Source: Lingula anatina (lineage: Eukaryota; Animalia; Brachiopoda). Taken from it: 64,000 nucleotides of DNA. The notes under the pieces are model-generated. The model was not told the DNA's origin. It made no database searches and saw nothing but the letters and a program-made list of their open reading frames with translations. The position numbers and the translations under genes were made by a program. The stretch covers positions 16,204,534-16,268,533 of the forward strand of contig CM120644.1 of NCBI GenBank assembly GCA_051362555.1, given 5' to 3'. Within the stretch, counting starts at the first letter, position 1; each line of letters starts with the position of its first letter. Below, piece after piece: positions 38,019-50,087 of this stretch.

Positions 38019-40675
38019 TTGATTAACATCTCACGTTTAAAAAATAAAACTACTACTACAGGTTATAAGAGATTACAACCTGTGAAAGTACAATTCAAAT
38101 TAATTAAATAAATTACTGATCATTTAAACACATAAAAAAGAACATTTTATGTAAAACCTCTTCAATCCTTCTCGTCTGTTTTAAATTACCGTAACTTAGT
38201 GTTGTTTTCTATCACCAGGTGGCACATGGAGCGAATGGGAGCCATGGGAACCGTGCAGTGCCACGTGCGGTGGAGGAACGACATTTCGTGTCCGGAAATG
38301 CGTGGGCGGCAACGACTGCTTCGGTCCGTCTAGACAGCAGATGCCGTGTAACACTCAAGAATGTAAGTAGTGTGCATAAGATTATGCTTACAATAACCAC
38401 AACCACCGACAGCGCTGTTATTTTATGGTTGCTGGTATCGCACTCTTTTGCATGCTTCTTTACGCACGTGGACATTCCAAATATATCAGAAACATGTCTA
38501 TACAGTTATTACAAAACATGCTTTTAAGGAAGCATGAAGTGACCACGAGAATACTATTTCACAGTACTAAAAATGGCGCTTGGAGTTTGAAAACAATTCT
38601 GGTCTATTCCACAATTTCAGTTATTTCTTATGAAATTTCGTAGGAATCGAGTAATATCTTTAAACTGAATTAGCGTCTCAATATATTCTGTTTCGTTTCC
38701 TTTAAAGGCCCTTACTTTGGTGAGTGGTCGGAATGGTCAGAATGTGACGCCAAATGTGGCGGAGGAAGACAAACAAGGACCCGGATGTGCCTACCAGCTG
38801 GAAGCGTGTGTATTGGTAGAACCACTGAGATACGCTCGTGTAACAATTTCCCATGTAAGTAAATAAATTATTATCTTTTTAAAGAGGCAAATTAAACGAT
38901 TGGATTACACGTTTTATGTCTTGCTTAAAGGTATGTTTAAGAGCTCGTAGTATTGTTTGTGGTATTTCATACTATGTAAAGCGATACCATTTTATTATTT
39001 TTTTAGCCTTAACAAGAATTTAAACCTTGTTAATTGCCAAAGTTGTATTAATTAACATTTCAAATGTTCACTGCGAGTTTTAACTTTAAGTGAGAATGTA
39101 AGCATGGCTCCTTATATTTCAATATATTCTGTTTTTTTGCACTACGGCCATGATTGAATAAATAGTGTGTGTTTGCGCATGTACAAAGTTTATCTTGCAC
39201 CTCTTTGAGGTGACTTATTAATCCTCTTTGAGGTGACTTATTAATCCTCTTTGAGGTGACTTATTAATCCTCTTTGAGGTGACTTATTAATCCTCTTTGA
39301 GGTGACTTATTAATCCTCTTTGAGGTGACTTATTAATATAAATCACCGTCTTTCAGGTCAGTATTGGACAGAATGGATAGACACAGACGATCCGTCCAAG
39401 GACGGGGATTGGGAGGTGGACGAGACGCCGGTGAGTCGGGGAGCATTCAGATTCAAGACTCAGGCCCGTAGCCGGGGGTGGGGGGGGGGGGTCGGGGGTT
39501 CGAAAGAACCGTCCCTTTTGTCAGGAAAAGGTTCATTTTGGGTAAAATTTGATCTAGGTACACATAAGTTTCATTGAAAAAGGTCCACTTTTTCAGAAAA
39601 AGAACCCCCCTTTTGAATTTGCTGGCTACGGGCCTGCAAGTTATCGTACCAACAGGATCGATCTATCTCTGCAGGGATTCTCGCTAGTGTAATCAGCTTT
39701 AATGTCTGACATGCCCCCTCAAGCAGCTGGGTGGTAATTTGAGGCACTTTAGAGAGAATCTCCGCAGAGATGGGTTCGTCTGCCCCAGTATTCTACTTTT
39801 ATCGTTGCGAATGAAATTTAGTAGTCCAGTCTCCATATTTATATTGAAAGTGACTCATATATAAGAAAAATCAATTAGTGAATTAAAACGCCCCAAAGTA
39901 CAGCGGTAGTGGTAACAGTCTTACTGAACACCTTCTTCGTAGCAAAAGTAGGCCCAATAGATCAAAAGGCACGTCGGTAATAAAATGCATGGCGGAGATG
40001 GCTTGTTCCTCTTAGTTTCTCTTTGATATCAACGAAGCCTCCATTTTATCGGGGGTGAATTGTAAATTAAGGACTAATCTGGATTATTCTTGAATTTCTG
40101 CATTCGTGAAACAGCGACTAGTTGTGTTAGATGTGACTGCAAGTTTGTTACATTGTTGGATGCGACTGTGTAGGGACACATTTAGTTTTAGAAAGTAGAT
40201 CCAGTAAAATTACAGTGACAATGTAAGCATGGGTCCTTATATTTTACCACTTTACTTGGAACTACTTTCGAAAACTATTACTATCTAATGTCACAAACGA
40301 CACGGAAAAATGTTTTGCTGTCACATCTAACGCAACTAGTTTTAATGTGTTACAGTTATCGTCTGGATTCCGACTCTTATATCATACGATTGAAAGTAGA
40401 TGTACATGTACCGAATTCTCCCAGATAACTTACAGAAATGCCAGATATACGTGATAAGTAAACATAACTAAAGGGCGTCGTAATGAATTTACTATTTTTT
40501 TCTCACGTTGTAAATCCTGGTGCGTCGGGTCTTCTCGTAATTTTTTACTTAACCTGTATGCTAGAGATATCTTATTTAGGTTTGATAATATTAAAAAAAA
40601 GGAAAGTGTTATAAATTGAATAACTGTGTGAATCATTCACGCACAGCCCTGAGAAATTTTGATTCAATGTTCAGA

Positions 40676-40720
<45 letters not shown>

Positions 40721-40984
40721 TAATAATAATATCACGGCGTAATCAAAATTTTCCATCATTCTTTCCAGTGCGATCACTCCGGGATCGTGTCTGAGCCTCT
40801 CAAAGCAGAGTGCCGTCTGGTTAAGACAAAACACCCCTGGGACTCCAGCGGCCTGAAGTTCTACATACCGTGCTCCACCTTCGGCATTGTCTGCAGGAAC
40901 GTGGAAAACGACCCCAACTGGACCCCTGGGGATGACCCCATATGTCACGATTTGGAAATTCGATACCTGTGCTCATACCCTTAA
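33346..40984 (+). CDS. Extracellular protein: chitin-binding type-2-like domain + 3 thrombospondin type-1 repeats + Mucin2/CILP WxxW domain (5' exon/start not located)
   Basis: Phase-consistent GT-AG exons: 33346-33488, 36627-36882, 38219-38362, 38708-38854, 39357-39430, 40769-40984 (TAA). TSP1 motifs: WSPCSVTCGRG, WSEWEPWEPCSATCGGG, WSEWSECDAKCGGGRQTRTR. WxxW motif: WTEWIDTDDPSKDGDWE...ECR...GIVCRN...CHDLEIRYLC. Confidence 0.85.
35148..36033 (+). mobile_element. Degenerate Tc1/mariner transposase (intronic; element may extend ~34760-36085)
   Basis: Starts MPRL. Near the end, QLPW*SKSPYFNHIDNMW matches the Tc1 motif WPxxSPDLNPIExxW, followed by LTDAWNVIP and MPCHLRALVANRRGQ (cf. MPRRxxAVIxxxGG). 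Multiple stops and frameshifts. Confidence 0.75.
39200..39337. repeat. Perfect 23-bp x6 tandem repeat CCTCTTTGAGGTGACTTATTAAT
   Basis: Six identical head-to-tail copies with no spacers. Confidence 0.95.
39461..39636. mobile_element. MITE with 13-bp TIR CAGGCCCGTAGCC...GGCTACGGGCCTG
   Basis: Perfect TIR; a related partial copy lies at ~29440-29500. Confidence 0.7.
40118..40340. mobile_element. MITE-like element with ~25-bp TIR (ACTAGTTGTGTTAGATGTGACTGCAA / TTGCTGTCACATCTAACGCAACTAGT)
   Basis: Inverted termini with two mismatches. Confidence 0.55.
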
Positions 40985-41755
40985 AGCTGCGACACACAGG
41001 CTAGGGGACCTCTCTTTGTGCGTTCAATGGGGCCATTCAGAATAAAAGATTCGAGTATCAACTGATGGGCTCTACGCCTCTCATACGCCTCCCCATGCGT
41101 CGGCCCTGCAGGGGCACAGTCATCAAATCTCGACTCCATTCGACCGGACGTGTGGGGAGCTTTGTGAGAGAAGAAGAGACCAACAAAGGATTAAGCGGTC
41201 TTCCTTTCATGTAGGGTCCGCCATATTTGATCCTTGGATCAATTGATACTCGGATCTTCTTTTCTGAATGGGACCAATGACAAAGGGCCCCGTCACGTCA
41301 GAATGATTCCAGACCTAAATAAAGACCAATATAACGTTGACTTCAAGAATAATCCAGATCGAAAAGCTACGACTCGATGCATATGTGTAGAAAAAGAGAG
41401 GCTTCGTTGCTATCAAAAAGAAACAAGGAAGAACAAGCCATTTCCGCCATGCATTCCATTTCCAGCGTGCCTTTTTAAAAAAAGCTATTACTTTTGACAG
41501 AAGAAAAGGGTTCAGTAATACTGGATCCATTAACGATAACGCTGTGCTTTGTAGCGTTTTAATTTCATTTATGGGTCGCTTTTAATATTAAGGAGACTGG
41601 ACTAGTGAATTTCACTCTTGACGATGGAAATATGTAGAATTTTACATTTAGAACTCAAAAAACGGAATTATGGATTATGGATCTTTAATTTTCTCAACAT
41701 TTTTGCACAGGATACACACGATGTTTGAGGGAAACTTGCTGAAATATTCAGGAAA

Positions 41756-41803
<48 letters not shown>

Positions 41804-43673
41804 TTTATTTTTTCGCTATGCAAAGGTGTAACGCATATTTAGTGCCTTTAGACAATTTTTCAGATGAGCTACTTATATTTTGTAACATCGCTGCGTGAAA
41901 GATTTTGATTTAAGTTTTTTTTATAAATTAATTAATTATTTATTTATTTACGGCGAATATATTAAAAAGAAAACAATGCTGAAATACAGGAGCTACACAC
42001 CAGCCATACGGGACAACAGCTTCTTGCTGCGCTTTTCAATTGACATTTTAATATAAATTTTGGTTGTTATTTTTTTCGGCCTTCATTCTAACAAAAGTGC
42101 ACGCATGTGAATTTCATTTTAAATATTCATGGGTGAGGGTAAAGGAGTTTCCACTTACGAGTGTGAACTTTGATTGAGAATCAAAAGGATTGATGGATAT
42201 TTGAATAAAATGAAAATGGGTTTTCATGTTAGCTTTTTTTATATTACGAAAATTAAATTTAGTTGGCCACACACACACACACACACACACCAGTGGCGGA
42301 TTCGATATCTGTCCCTCTTAAAATTATAATTTTGACTAGCTGAATCATTGTTCTAAACCATAGCAAATGGCACCATTCGCCCTCTAAAATACCTTTTTTC
42401 TTCTGGGCCCTTCAGCAGGCAATAAATTCTGAGTTAAACTTGTTATCAGTTTTTTTACAGAGAAAAAGTATGTGCAAATTAAAAAGCAAGAGCCCCAAGG
42501 ATCAACAGAAAGACCCTAGTTTTTTTAAAATATAAATTAATCTGCAGTAGATTAACCGTGTCATTGCATAGTCTCGCTCGGTACTCCAAGCACTATCGGT
42601 ATCGGATTTATCAAACATTGCCCGGGTCAGTTCGAAAATTCAGAAAATGAACAATTTCCGATATAGTTTTTCGATATATTTTTTAAGTCAGTTGTATTAA
42701 CAAAGCACTATTGTCTTTAAACCAGATACTACTTTTCTGTCATTTTAAGCATATGAAATTAAATAATTCTACATGAAACCAACAGAAACAATAGATAAAT
42801 AAATTGCATATTTAAAAGAGAAAGGGAAAACTTGGGTTTGAATGATTATTTCTATTGATTATGATAGATGTTTATCTTAAATGTTTCATTAAGTGAAATC
42901 GACAAGTGGTTCCGAGTAAAGACATACGTCCGAATAAATTTGTAGTAGAGTAAACAGTTTGTTTCAAAGAGTCAGCTACTTTAAATTTAAACATGAAACT
43001 TGAGGGAAGTATTGAAGCAGCTGGTGGTTTACTGTCGACCTCTTAACCATTGTCAACAATATTGTGGACGCTGCTGCTTGCAGTCAGAGGACCCAGCTCC
43101 AGCTATTCTTCCGCCAACACTTCCTGCCATGACGAAATGGTGAAGATGTTTAGGTCGTAAGACAATTCTCAGTAGCGCAAGTTTTAGTGAGTGTTTGCGG
43201 AAATCATAGATCTAAGCTTTTAACATTACAAACAGTTGCTGAATTTTGGTTATTTTGATTACTACATGAATTGAACGAAGAAACGAGTAGTAAAATCAGG
43301 AATTTTTCTTTCTTTATTTTTACCTGAGCAATATATAAAATTGGGGAGGCGACCGTATGAGTTGGAAACTCATTCACGTAGTAGTCAGAGAGCCAACTAA
43401 ATTCGAATAAACGAAAGTAGAATTATAGTAGATAAATAATCAAATGAATAAATAAATAAATAAATGTAGTAGTTAATAACAGATTAATATGATACAAAAT
43501 AACTAAATAATTTGAAATAAAATTTTATGATATAGCAAAAATAAGTTAAATAAAATTGTTAGGAGCTTTCACAGCAACCAAAATTGCAGGAAGAAAAAAT
43601 TCGGAGGATATTCGTACCGATGACTTAAAGGGCCAGTCATGCTGCTAATTCTTTGGTCCACGTTGCTGAAATG

Positions 43674-43707
<34 letters not shown>

Positions 43708-46129
43708 GCATTGTTCCAGAAAGGAATAAGAACGCGTAGATACGGTGAGTTGGCACCATCTCAGCAAGATGTTATTATTCGATAACATTCTGTATCTAAA
43801 AACATCGAGGAGATGACACGCTTTCTGGTTACGTAGGCCTATCTATTACACTCATGCTCCGTATAATTTTGTTTGATGTATGACATGAAACTGGTTTTAG
43901 GGAAATTGCTTCCGCTTTAATTTTGTTAGAGAGATGTAGATATTTCAAGGACTGATGCATATTTCATCATTTGGTTTAAATGGAATGAAACCTTTACTTC
44001 CGCTTTAATTTTGTCAGAGAGAAGTACACATTCCAAGGATTGGTCGCATATTTCATCAATTAAACCTTTAAAGCTCTCCCGGAAAAACAGGAACAATTCA
44101 GAACAGAAATAGAGAGCATTAATTACCATAATTATGTTGTAGCCACCTACATTTAATAATTCATTTTCCGGGAAGTATACCAGCTTGTATTCTCCTAATG
44201 TGCTCATCATTTATACAAGAACATAGTGGTTAAATCAGTATAATAGTTTTCATCACATTTTGGTAATTTTCCATTTTATTTTGACAGAAAAAGTCTTCGG
44301 GACATTTTCAAACAGGTATACAGTATATTATCTTTTAATTGTATATGGTACACAATAAACTCCCAACTTTCAAGCAGTTAAAAAAGATGAATATCATTTC
44401 TTATATTTATTAGCCAGACTTTACACAAACATGTGGCAAGCGTCTAATCTCCTTAAATATTTACCAACTACTGGTATAATTAATAATTTTTTTTTTACAT
44501 ATTTAACACAATTCAAATACACACCTTTGTTACATGTATAATGATATAAAATGCCACTCAATACCCAGAGGATAATACGTAATAAATAAGACAATAGGAA
44601 GTAATATACTTCACCAAACAAACTCAAACATTACAATATTTGTAGATTCGCCCTTTCAGAATAAGTTAAGTAGTTAAAAAAAATTGGTTTTTAGGGTCAC
44701 TGAAAACTCACTTTTCTTCTACACCATCAGATTCTGGAAAAAAAAAAACTTGAGCTTCCAAAGAATTACAAAAATTGGGGTAGCTACCAGGCCATGAGAC
44801 AAAAATAACACCCTAAACGTAGGTAGGATTAGGAATTAGAAAATAATAATAAAACTAATGAATTCCCTTATTTTACCACATAACATAATTTTGCATCTTT
44901 TTTTGCCTAGTGCCTTTATAGTCCACAATAACATATCTCAATACTTCTGTTGTTCTTCATACTTGCTTTAATGGTGTTACTACTGATATTTCAAAATGTC
45001 ATATTTACTATTGTGCTACAGTTAACATTAAAAATGTAAAATAGAAGTTCTCCAGAATGTTCATTTGGGCAGAAGTAAACATAAAAAGTAAATAAAAGTT
45101 CTAGAGTTAGATTTTTTTAATAATAATAGATTTAAAGGGCCAGGGGCAGGGGGAGTGTAATTATTTGTACTCTTGCCAATTTTGGTGAAAAGTTGTAGAA
45201 AAATTCCTACAGTATTTGACATCACCTTTAAAGATTCTCATACAAGCATACCATAGGTGATTTTAGAAATTCTTAGAATTAATAGACTTTTCAGTTATTA
45301 GTTTTTAAAACTGTTTTTTCTATTTGATAGTATTAGAATATTTCTTTACTTTCATAACTATTACATGAACATTTTAGCTTACATACTCTGTACGTAGGGA
45401 GATATTACATCTTATGCAACTATTAAAATGTTTAAAAAACATACATCACTTTTTCTAACCTAAGCACAGACAAACTGCTTCAAGTCTTTCCCTTTTCTTA
45501 CTTAAAAGGTATATGAAGTCAAATGTCAGCCCAACATAAGATACAAATATGAGAAAAATAATTCTTTTCATTAAACAAGGCAGCAAAGCTGTCAAATGTA
45601 CAGACAAAAAACAGAAAATAAAGATGCAAAAAAGGTCATTTTGTCAATTTTGATGCAATAATAAATAATGCTTATAATAGCACTGTCAGTCAACACTGAA
45701 TTTTAATCTTGCACAACAGGTAACATGGTCAATAACAGGAGCAGACCCAGAGATATTTTCTGACAGTATTACAAAGTATCTATGTTGATCCATCCTCCAT
45801 TTTGATGGTCTTCCAACAGAAAAAAATAGATACCAGTCAATATAAACTTAATAATCTGACTGTCTTCCGGAAGACCCAGAAGATGGTCTCAATCCACCCC
45901 TACAATAAGATTACAGTTTCAGGACCATGAGAGTTCAAATTCACATTATGAAAGTCTCAATATTTGAAAAATGATGACAGTGCATAAAATAATATTACAT
46001 AATGTTTAAAGACATAAAAAACAATACAACTTATGTAGAAATACAGAAAATGTGCAGAGCCCCAGGCAGATGAGAGTTAAAAGTCACAAATGCAAGTGTT
46101 TGAGAAAAAATAATAAAGGAAAACAACAA

Positions 46130-46366
46130 AACTTGAAAAGCACTTTGAGAGTGCAGACCTCTGCCAAGGCAGCAATTGTTGATTATTATTGATAATTGAT
46201 TGATTATTGATCCGGACCACCACCAAAAATTAATCATTGTCCTCTTTGGCCCACTTCCGACAGTTCCTGAAAATTTCTGCAAAATCGGTCCATAACTTTT
46301 TGTGTTATGTGGATGACAGACAAACAGGGGTGAAAATATAATCCTCTTGGCAGAGCTTGAGGTAAA
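46130..46366 (+). mobile_element. Non-autonomous Helentron/HINE-like element (AACT.GAAAAGCACT..GAGAG.GCAGACCTC.GCCAAGG...GGGGTGAAAA.ATAA..CTTGGC..AGGTAA)
   Basis: Same termini and subterminal inverted motif (CCTCCGCCAAGG / CCTTGGCG.AGG) as a shorter copy at 53045-53195. Confidence 0.55.
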
Positions 46367-46687
46367 TATAATTCCAATGAAGATGCTATTCAAACTTTTA
46401 ATCTTCCAGTTTGATATATATATATATATATATCAAACTGGAAGATTAAAAGTTTGCAGTAGCAGCGCAAAAAGATTGTTGTCAATTTTGATGTAACATT
46501 ACATAATAAATTAGAGAATAATTATCACCAATTTTTGTTTATTGACTATAAATAGGATGGACATGTAGAAAATATGATTACCATTTGGCTTCATGTCCTT
46601 GGGAGCTCCGAGTCCCACAATGAATATGCCAAAAAGATAATGAATATTACACTAAAATGTATAACTTCCAGAAAAAGAAACCAATTA

Positions 46688-47308
46688 GACTGCTTTTCTA
46701 ACTCAGGCTGCATTTTAGTCCTGTGTTTCTTTTTTGAAAGTTTGACAGTCATAAGTAACACGGTTTTCCCATAATGGTCATCAAGGCAGCAGCACCAAAA
46801 ATTGTGTTTTCTTCTATTTTGATGCAACATTACATGATGCTTAACAGCATAATGACCATCGATTTTTAATAATAAAATATAAGTGTCATGGATTTTCACA
46901 AAATGTGACTAGCATGGGTCTTCAAGCCCGTGGAGGTTCTAAGTCACACCTTGGAAATGCCAATATGTGAAAAATTAAATTTTTACAAAAAACTGTTTAA
47001 TAGCCAGAAAAATTTACCAAACAGACTGCATTGCCTACTGAAGCTGTATTTTAGTCCCATGTTTCTTTCCTGTAAGTGTGAGAACAGTAAGTGACATGAT
47101 TTTCCTTAAATGGTCATCATGGGAGCAGTGCCCAAAATAGGGGTTTCTTCAAATTTTGATGCAATATTACATAATGTTTTACAGCATAATGACCATCAAT
47201 TTTTAATTATAAAATATTAGTATCATGGTTATTCAGAAAATGTAACTAGCAAAAGTCTTCAGGCCCATGGAACTTCAAAGTCACATCTTGAAAATGCCAA
47301 AATGTAAA
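46688..47308. repeat. Diverged tandem duplication, period ~336 bp
   Basis: 46688-46972 aligns by eye with 47024-47308. Confidence 0.7.
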
Positions 47309-47588
47309 CAAGACAGCACTGTTCTGAAATGGGTTTATTTCCATTTTTAACACTTTTTTAACATAAAACAAAATAAACAGTTTACTGCCATTTTTACATG
47401 ACCAACTAAGAAAATTGATGAGATGGGAAAAGTATCAATAGAACAGTGTTAAATGTCCAACTTCCTCCATTCTGAGATTCTGAACATAGTGGATGAATGC
47501 ATCTGACAAACTGCAATGATATGAGTTTATTTCCATTTTTGACACTTTATTACACAATACATGATAACAAGTTTACCATCATTTTTAC

Positions 47589-49252
47589 AAAATCAACTAA
47601 CAATGTTGTAAAGATGCAGGAAATGTCAAACAAACACTTTTATGTATCTTATTAGTTCAATAATGAGACTGTTAACATGCCTAAGAATTGAATGTAAGGA
47701 AATGTGAAAAAACAGCATAACTTCTAAAATAATGGACTGATTATGCTGATTTTCAAACTCAACCTGCGTTTTAGTAAGATTGGCCCCTCCTGTGAGTATA
47801 ATGACAATTGGCCAATCTGTCTTTCTTATATTGTGTTATCAGTGTTGCATATATACTGAAAAAAGTGAAAAAACAGCATAAATTCCCTATAAGTGACCCG
47901 ATCGTGCTGATTTTCGAACTTGACCTGCGTATTATGAATATTCATCAGTTCTGTAAGTTTCAAGCCAAAAGGTAAAATGGTTTTCCACTTATCGTGTTAT
48001 CGGTGCTGTATTTATGCTGAAAATAGAGAAAAAATAGCCTAAATTCACTAAAAATGACCCAATCACGCTGATTTTCGAACTTGACCTGCGTATTATGTAT
48101 ATTCATCAGTTCTGTAAGTTTCAAGCCAAAAGGTAAAATGGTTTTCCACTTATTGTGTTATCGGTGCTGCATATATGCTGAAAAAAGTGAAAAAACAGCA
48201 TAAATTCCCTATAAGTGACCCGATCATGCTGATTTTCGAACTTGACCTGCGTATTATGAATATTCATCAGTTCTGTAAGTTTCAAACAAAAAGAAAAAAC
48301 AGTTTTCCACTTATCGTGTTATCGGTAAAAGTGCACGGCGACGACGGCAACGACGGCGATGACAGACGCAGATGACGGCTATATGTACAGACACATCTGT
48401 GTCTGTACATAAAAATCAACTAACAATGTTGTAAAGATGCAGGAAATGCCAAACAAACACATTTACGTATCTTATTAGTTCAATAATGAGACTGTTAACA
48501 TGCCTAAGAATTGAATGTGAGGAAATGTGAAAAAACAGCATAACTTCTAAAATAAAGGCACAATTATGCTGATTTTCAAACTCAACCTGCGTTTTAGTAA
48601 GATTGGCCCCTCCTGTGAGTATAATGACAATTGGCCAATCTGTTTTTCTTATATTGTGTTATCAGTGTTGCATATATACTGAAAAAAGTGAAAAAACAGC
48701 ATAAATTCCCTATAAGTGACCCGATCGTGCTGATTTTCGAACTTGACCTGGGTATTATGAATATTTATCAGTTCTGTAAGTTTCAAGCCAAAGGGTAAAA
48801 CAGCTCTTCATTTATTGTGTTATCAGTGTTGCAAAATTGCTGAAAAAAAGTGAAAAAATAGCCTAAATTCACTAAAAATGACCCAATCATGCTGATTTTC
48901 GAACTTGACCTGCGTATTATGAATATTTATCAGTTTTGTAAGTTTCAAGCCAAAAAGTAAAATGGTTTTCCACTTATTGTGTTATCGGTGCTGCATATAT
49001 GCTGAAAAAAGTGAAAAAACAGCACAACTTCCCTAAAAATGGCCCGATCATGCTGATTTTCGAACTTGACCTGCATATTATGAATATTCATCAGTTCTGT
49101 AAGTTTCAAGCCAAAAGCAAAAACGGTTTTCCACTTATCATGTTATCGGTAAAAGTGCACGACGGCGACGACGGCACCGACGGCGACGACGGCGACGACG
49201 ACAGACGCAGATGATGGCTATATGTACAGACACATCTGTGTCTGTACATAAA
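47589..49252 (+). mobile_element. Two tandem HINE/pearl-like elements, each with four ~160-bp core repeats, a GACG-rich microsatellite and a 3' hairpin
   Basis: Units are ~47589-48411 and ~48412-49252. The core repeat carries ttttcgaacttgacctgcg...aagtttcaagccaaaa. The hairpin TATGTACAGACACA-TC-TGTGTCTGTACATA lies at 48382-48411 and 49221-49250. Confidence 0.7.
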
Positions 49253-50087
49253 AAAGAAAAATATGTGTATTCCAAGGTCAATTTTATCACATTTATAGTA
49301 TACCCCCCCTGAAATAGCAAAATAAAACCAATAAATAAATAATCAGACAAAATATATTGCCCTAAATAAGACAAATTTTAGCCATGAAACAAAACCCCAC
49401 CTATGTCCTTTTTTCTTTATATTTTGGTGACGTAAAATAATAAAATGAGTGTTAAACATAATGATCGCATCACAATATAAACTGCCTCAGAAACACTTTC
49501 TCCCACATCACCCTTAAAATGATGCCTACTAGGTTATATTATCAGCAGTGGATCCAGGGCCAACTTTCACTCAAAAGACTTCCAAGTCAGTTCAAGTGGT
49601 ATCTTTGTTACCAACGTTACATGGTCACATGCACACATCTTACCCTATCAGAAAAGGTGTTACAGCACTCTCATGGACATCATTGTCAGCTAAGCCACAA
49701 AACTGACTCAATTATTATTTTTTTTTGCAAAACTGGGACAAGAGGGGGGTGGGCGTGGGGTGAAGGCAAAGCTGGCACATCCCCCCCCCCCCCCCCCACC
49801 AAGCCCTCCCATTCACACACACAGCATCTGAGGTACATCTTCTGCCTCTTTCAAATATGAATTTCCCCAAGTAAAACCAGACATGACCAAATAATTATTC
49901 CATCCCCATGCCCTATACATTATCAATGAAATTTGTCATGGTCTGTTATTTTTTAAAATTTTGCTGCTCAGTGAGGCGAGGCATAATTTTCTATTTCTAT
50001 CTCCCTCTCCCTCTAAGAAAATCCTGGATCCACCAATGATAAAAGACTTAAGAAAGAAAAAAAATCCTCATGATCTAAAACATGAGG

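Noticed and set aside
39200-39337. 23-bp direct repeats as CRISPR or iterons
   Set aside because: The copies are contiguous with no spacers and lie inside a spliceosomal intron.
41234-41530. 87-aa and 71-aa overlapping ORFs downstream of the WxxW exon
   Set aside because: They have no domain features or splice context and probably lie in 3'UTR or intergenic sequence.
48175-49214. Paired ORFs MLKKVKKQH... (66 and 71 aa)
   Set aside because: They are chance frames within the 160-bp core repeats of the HINE-like element.
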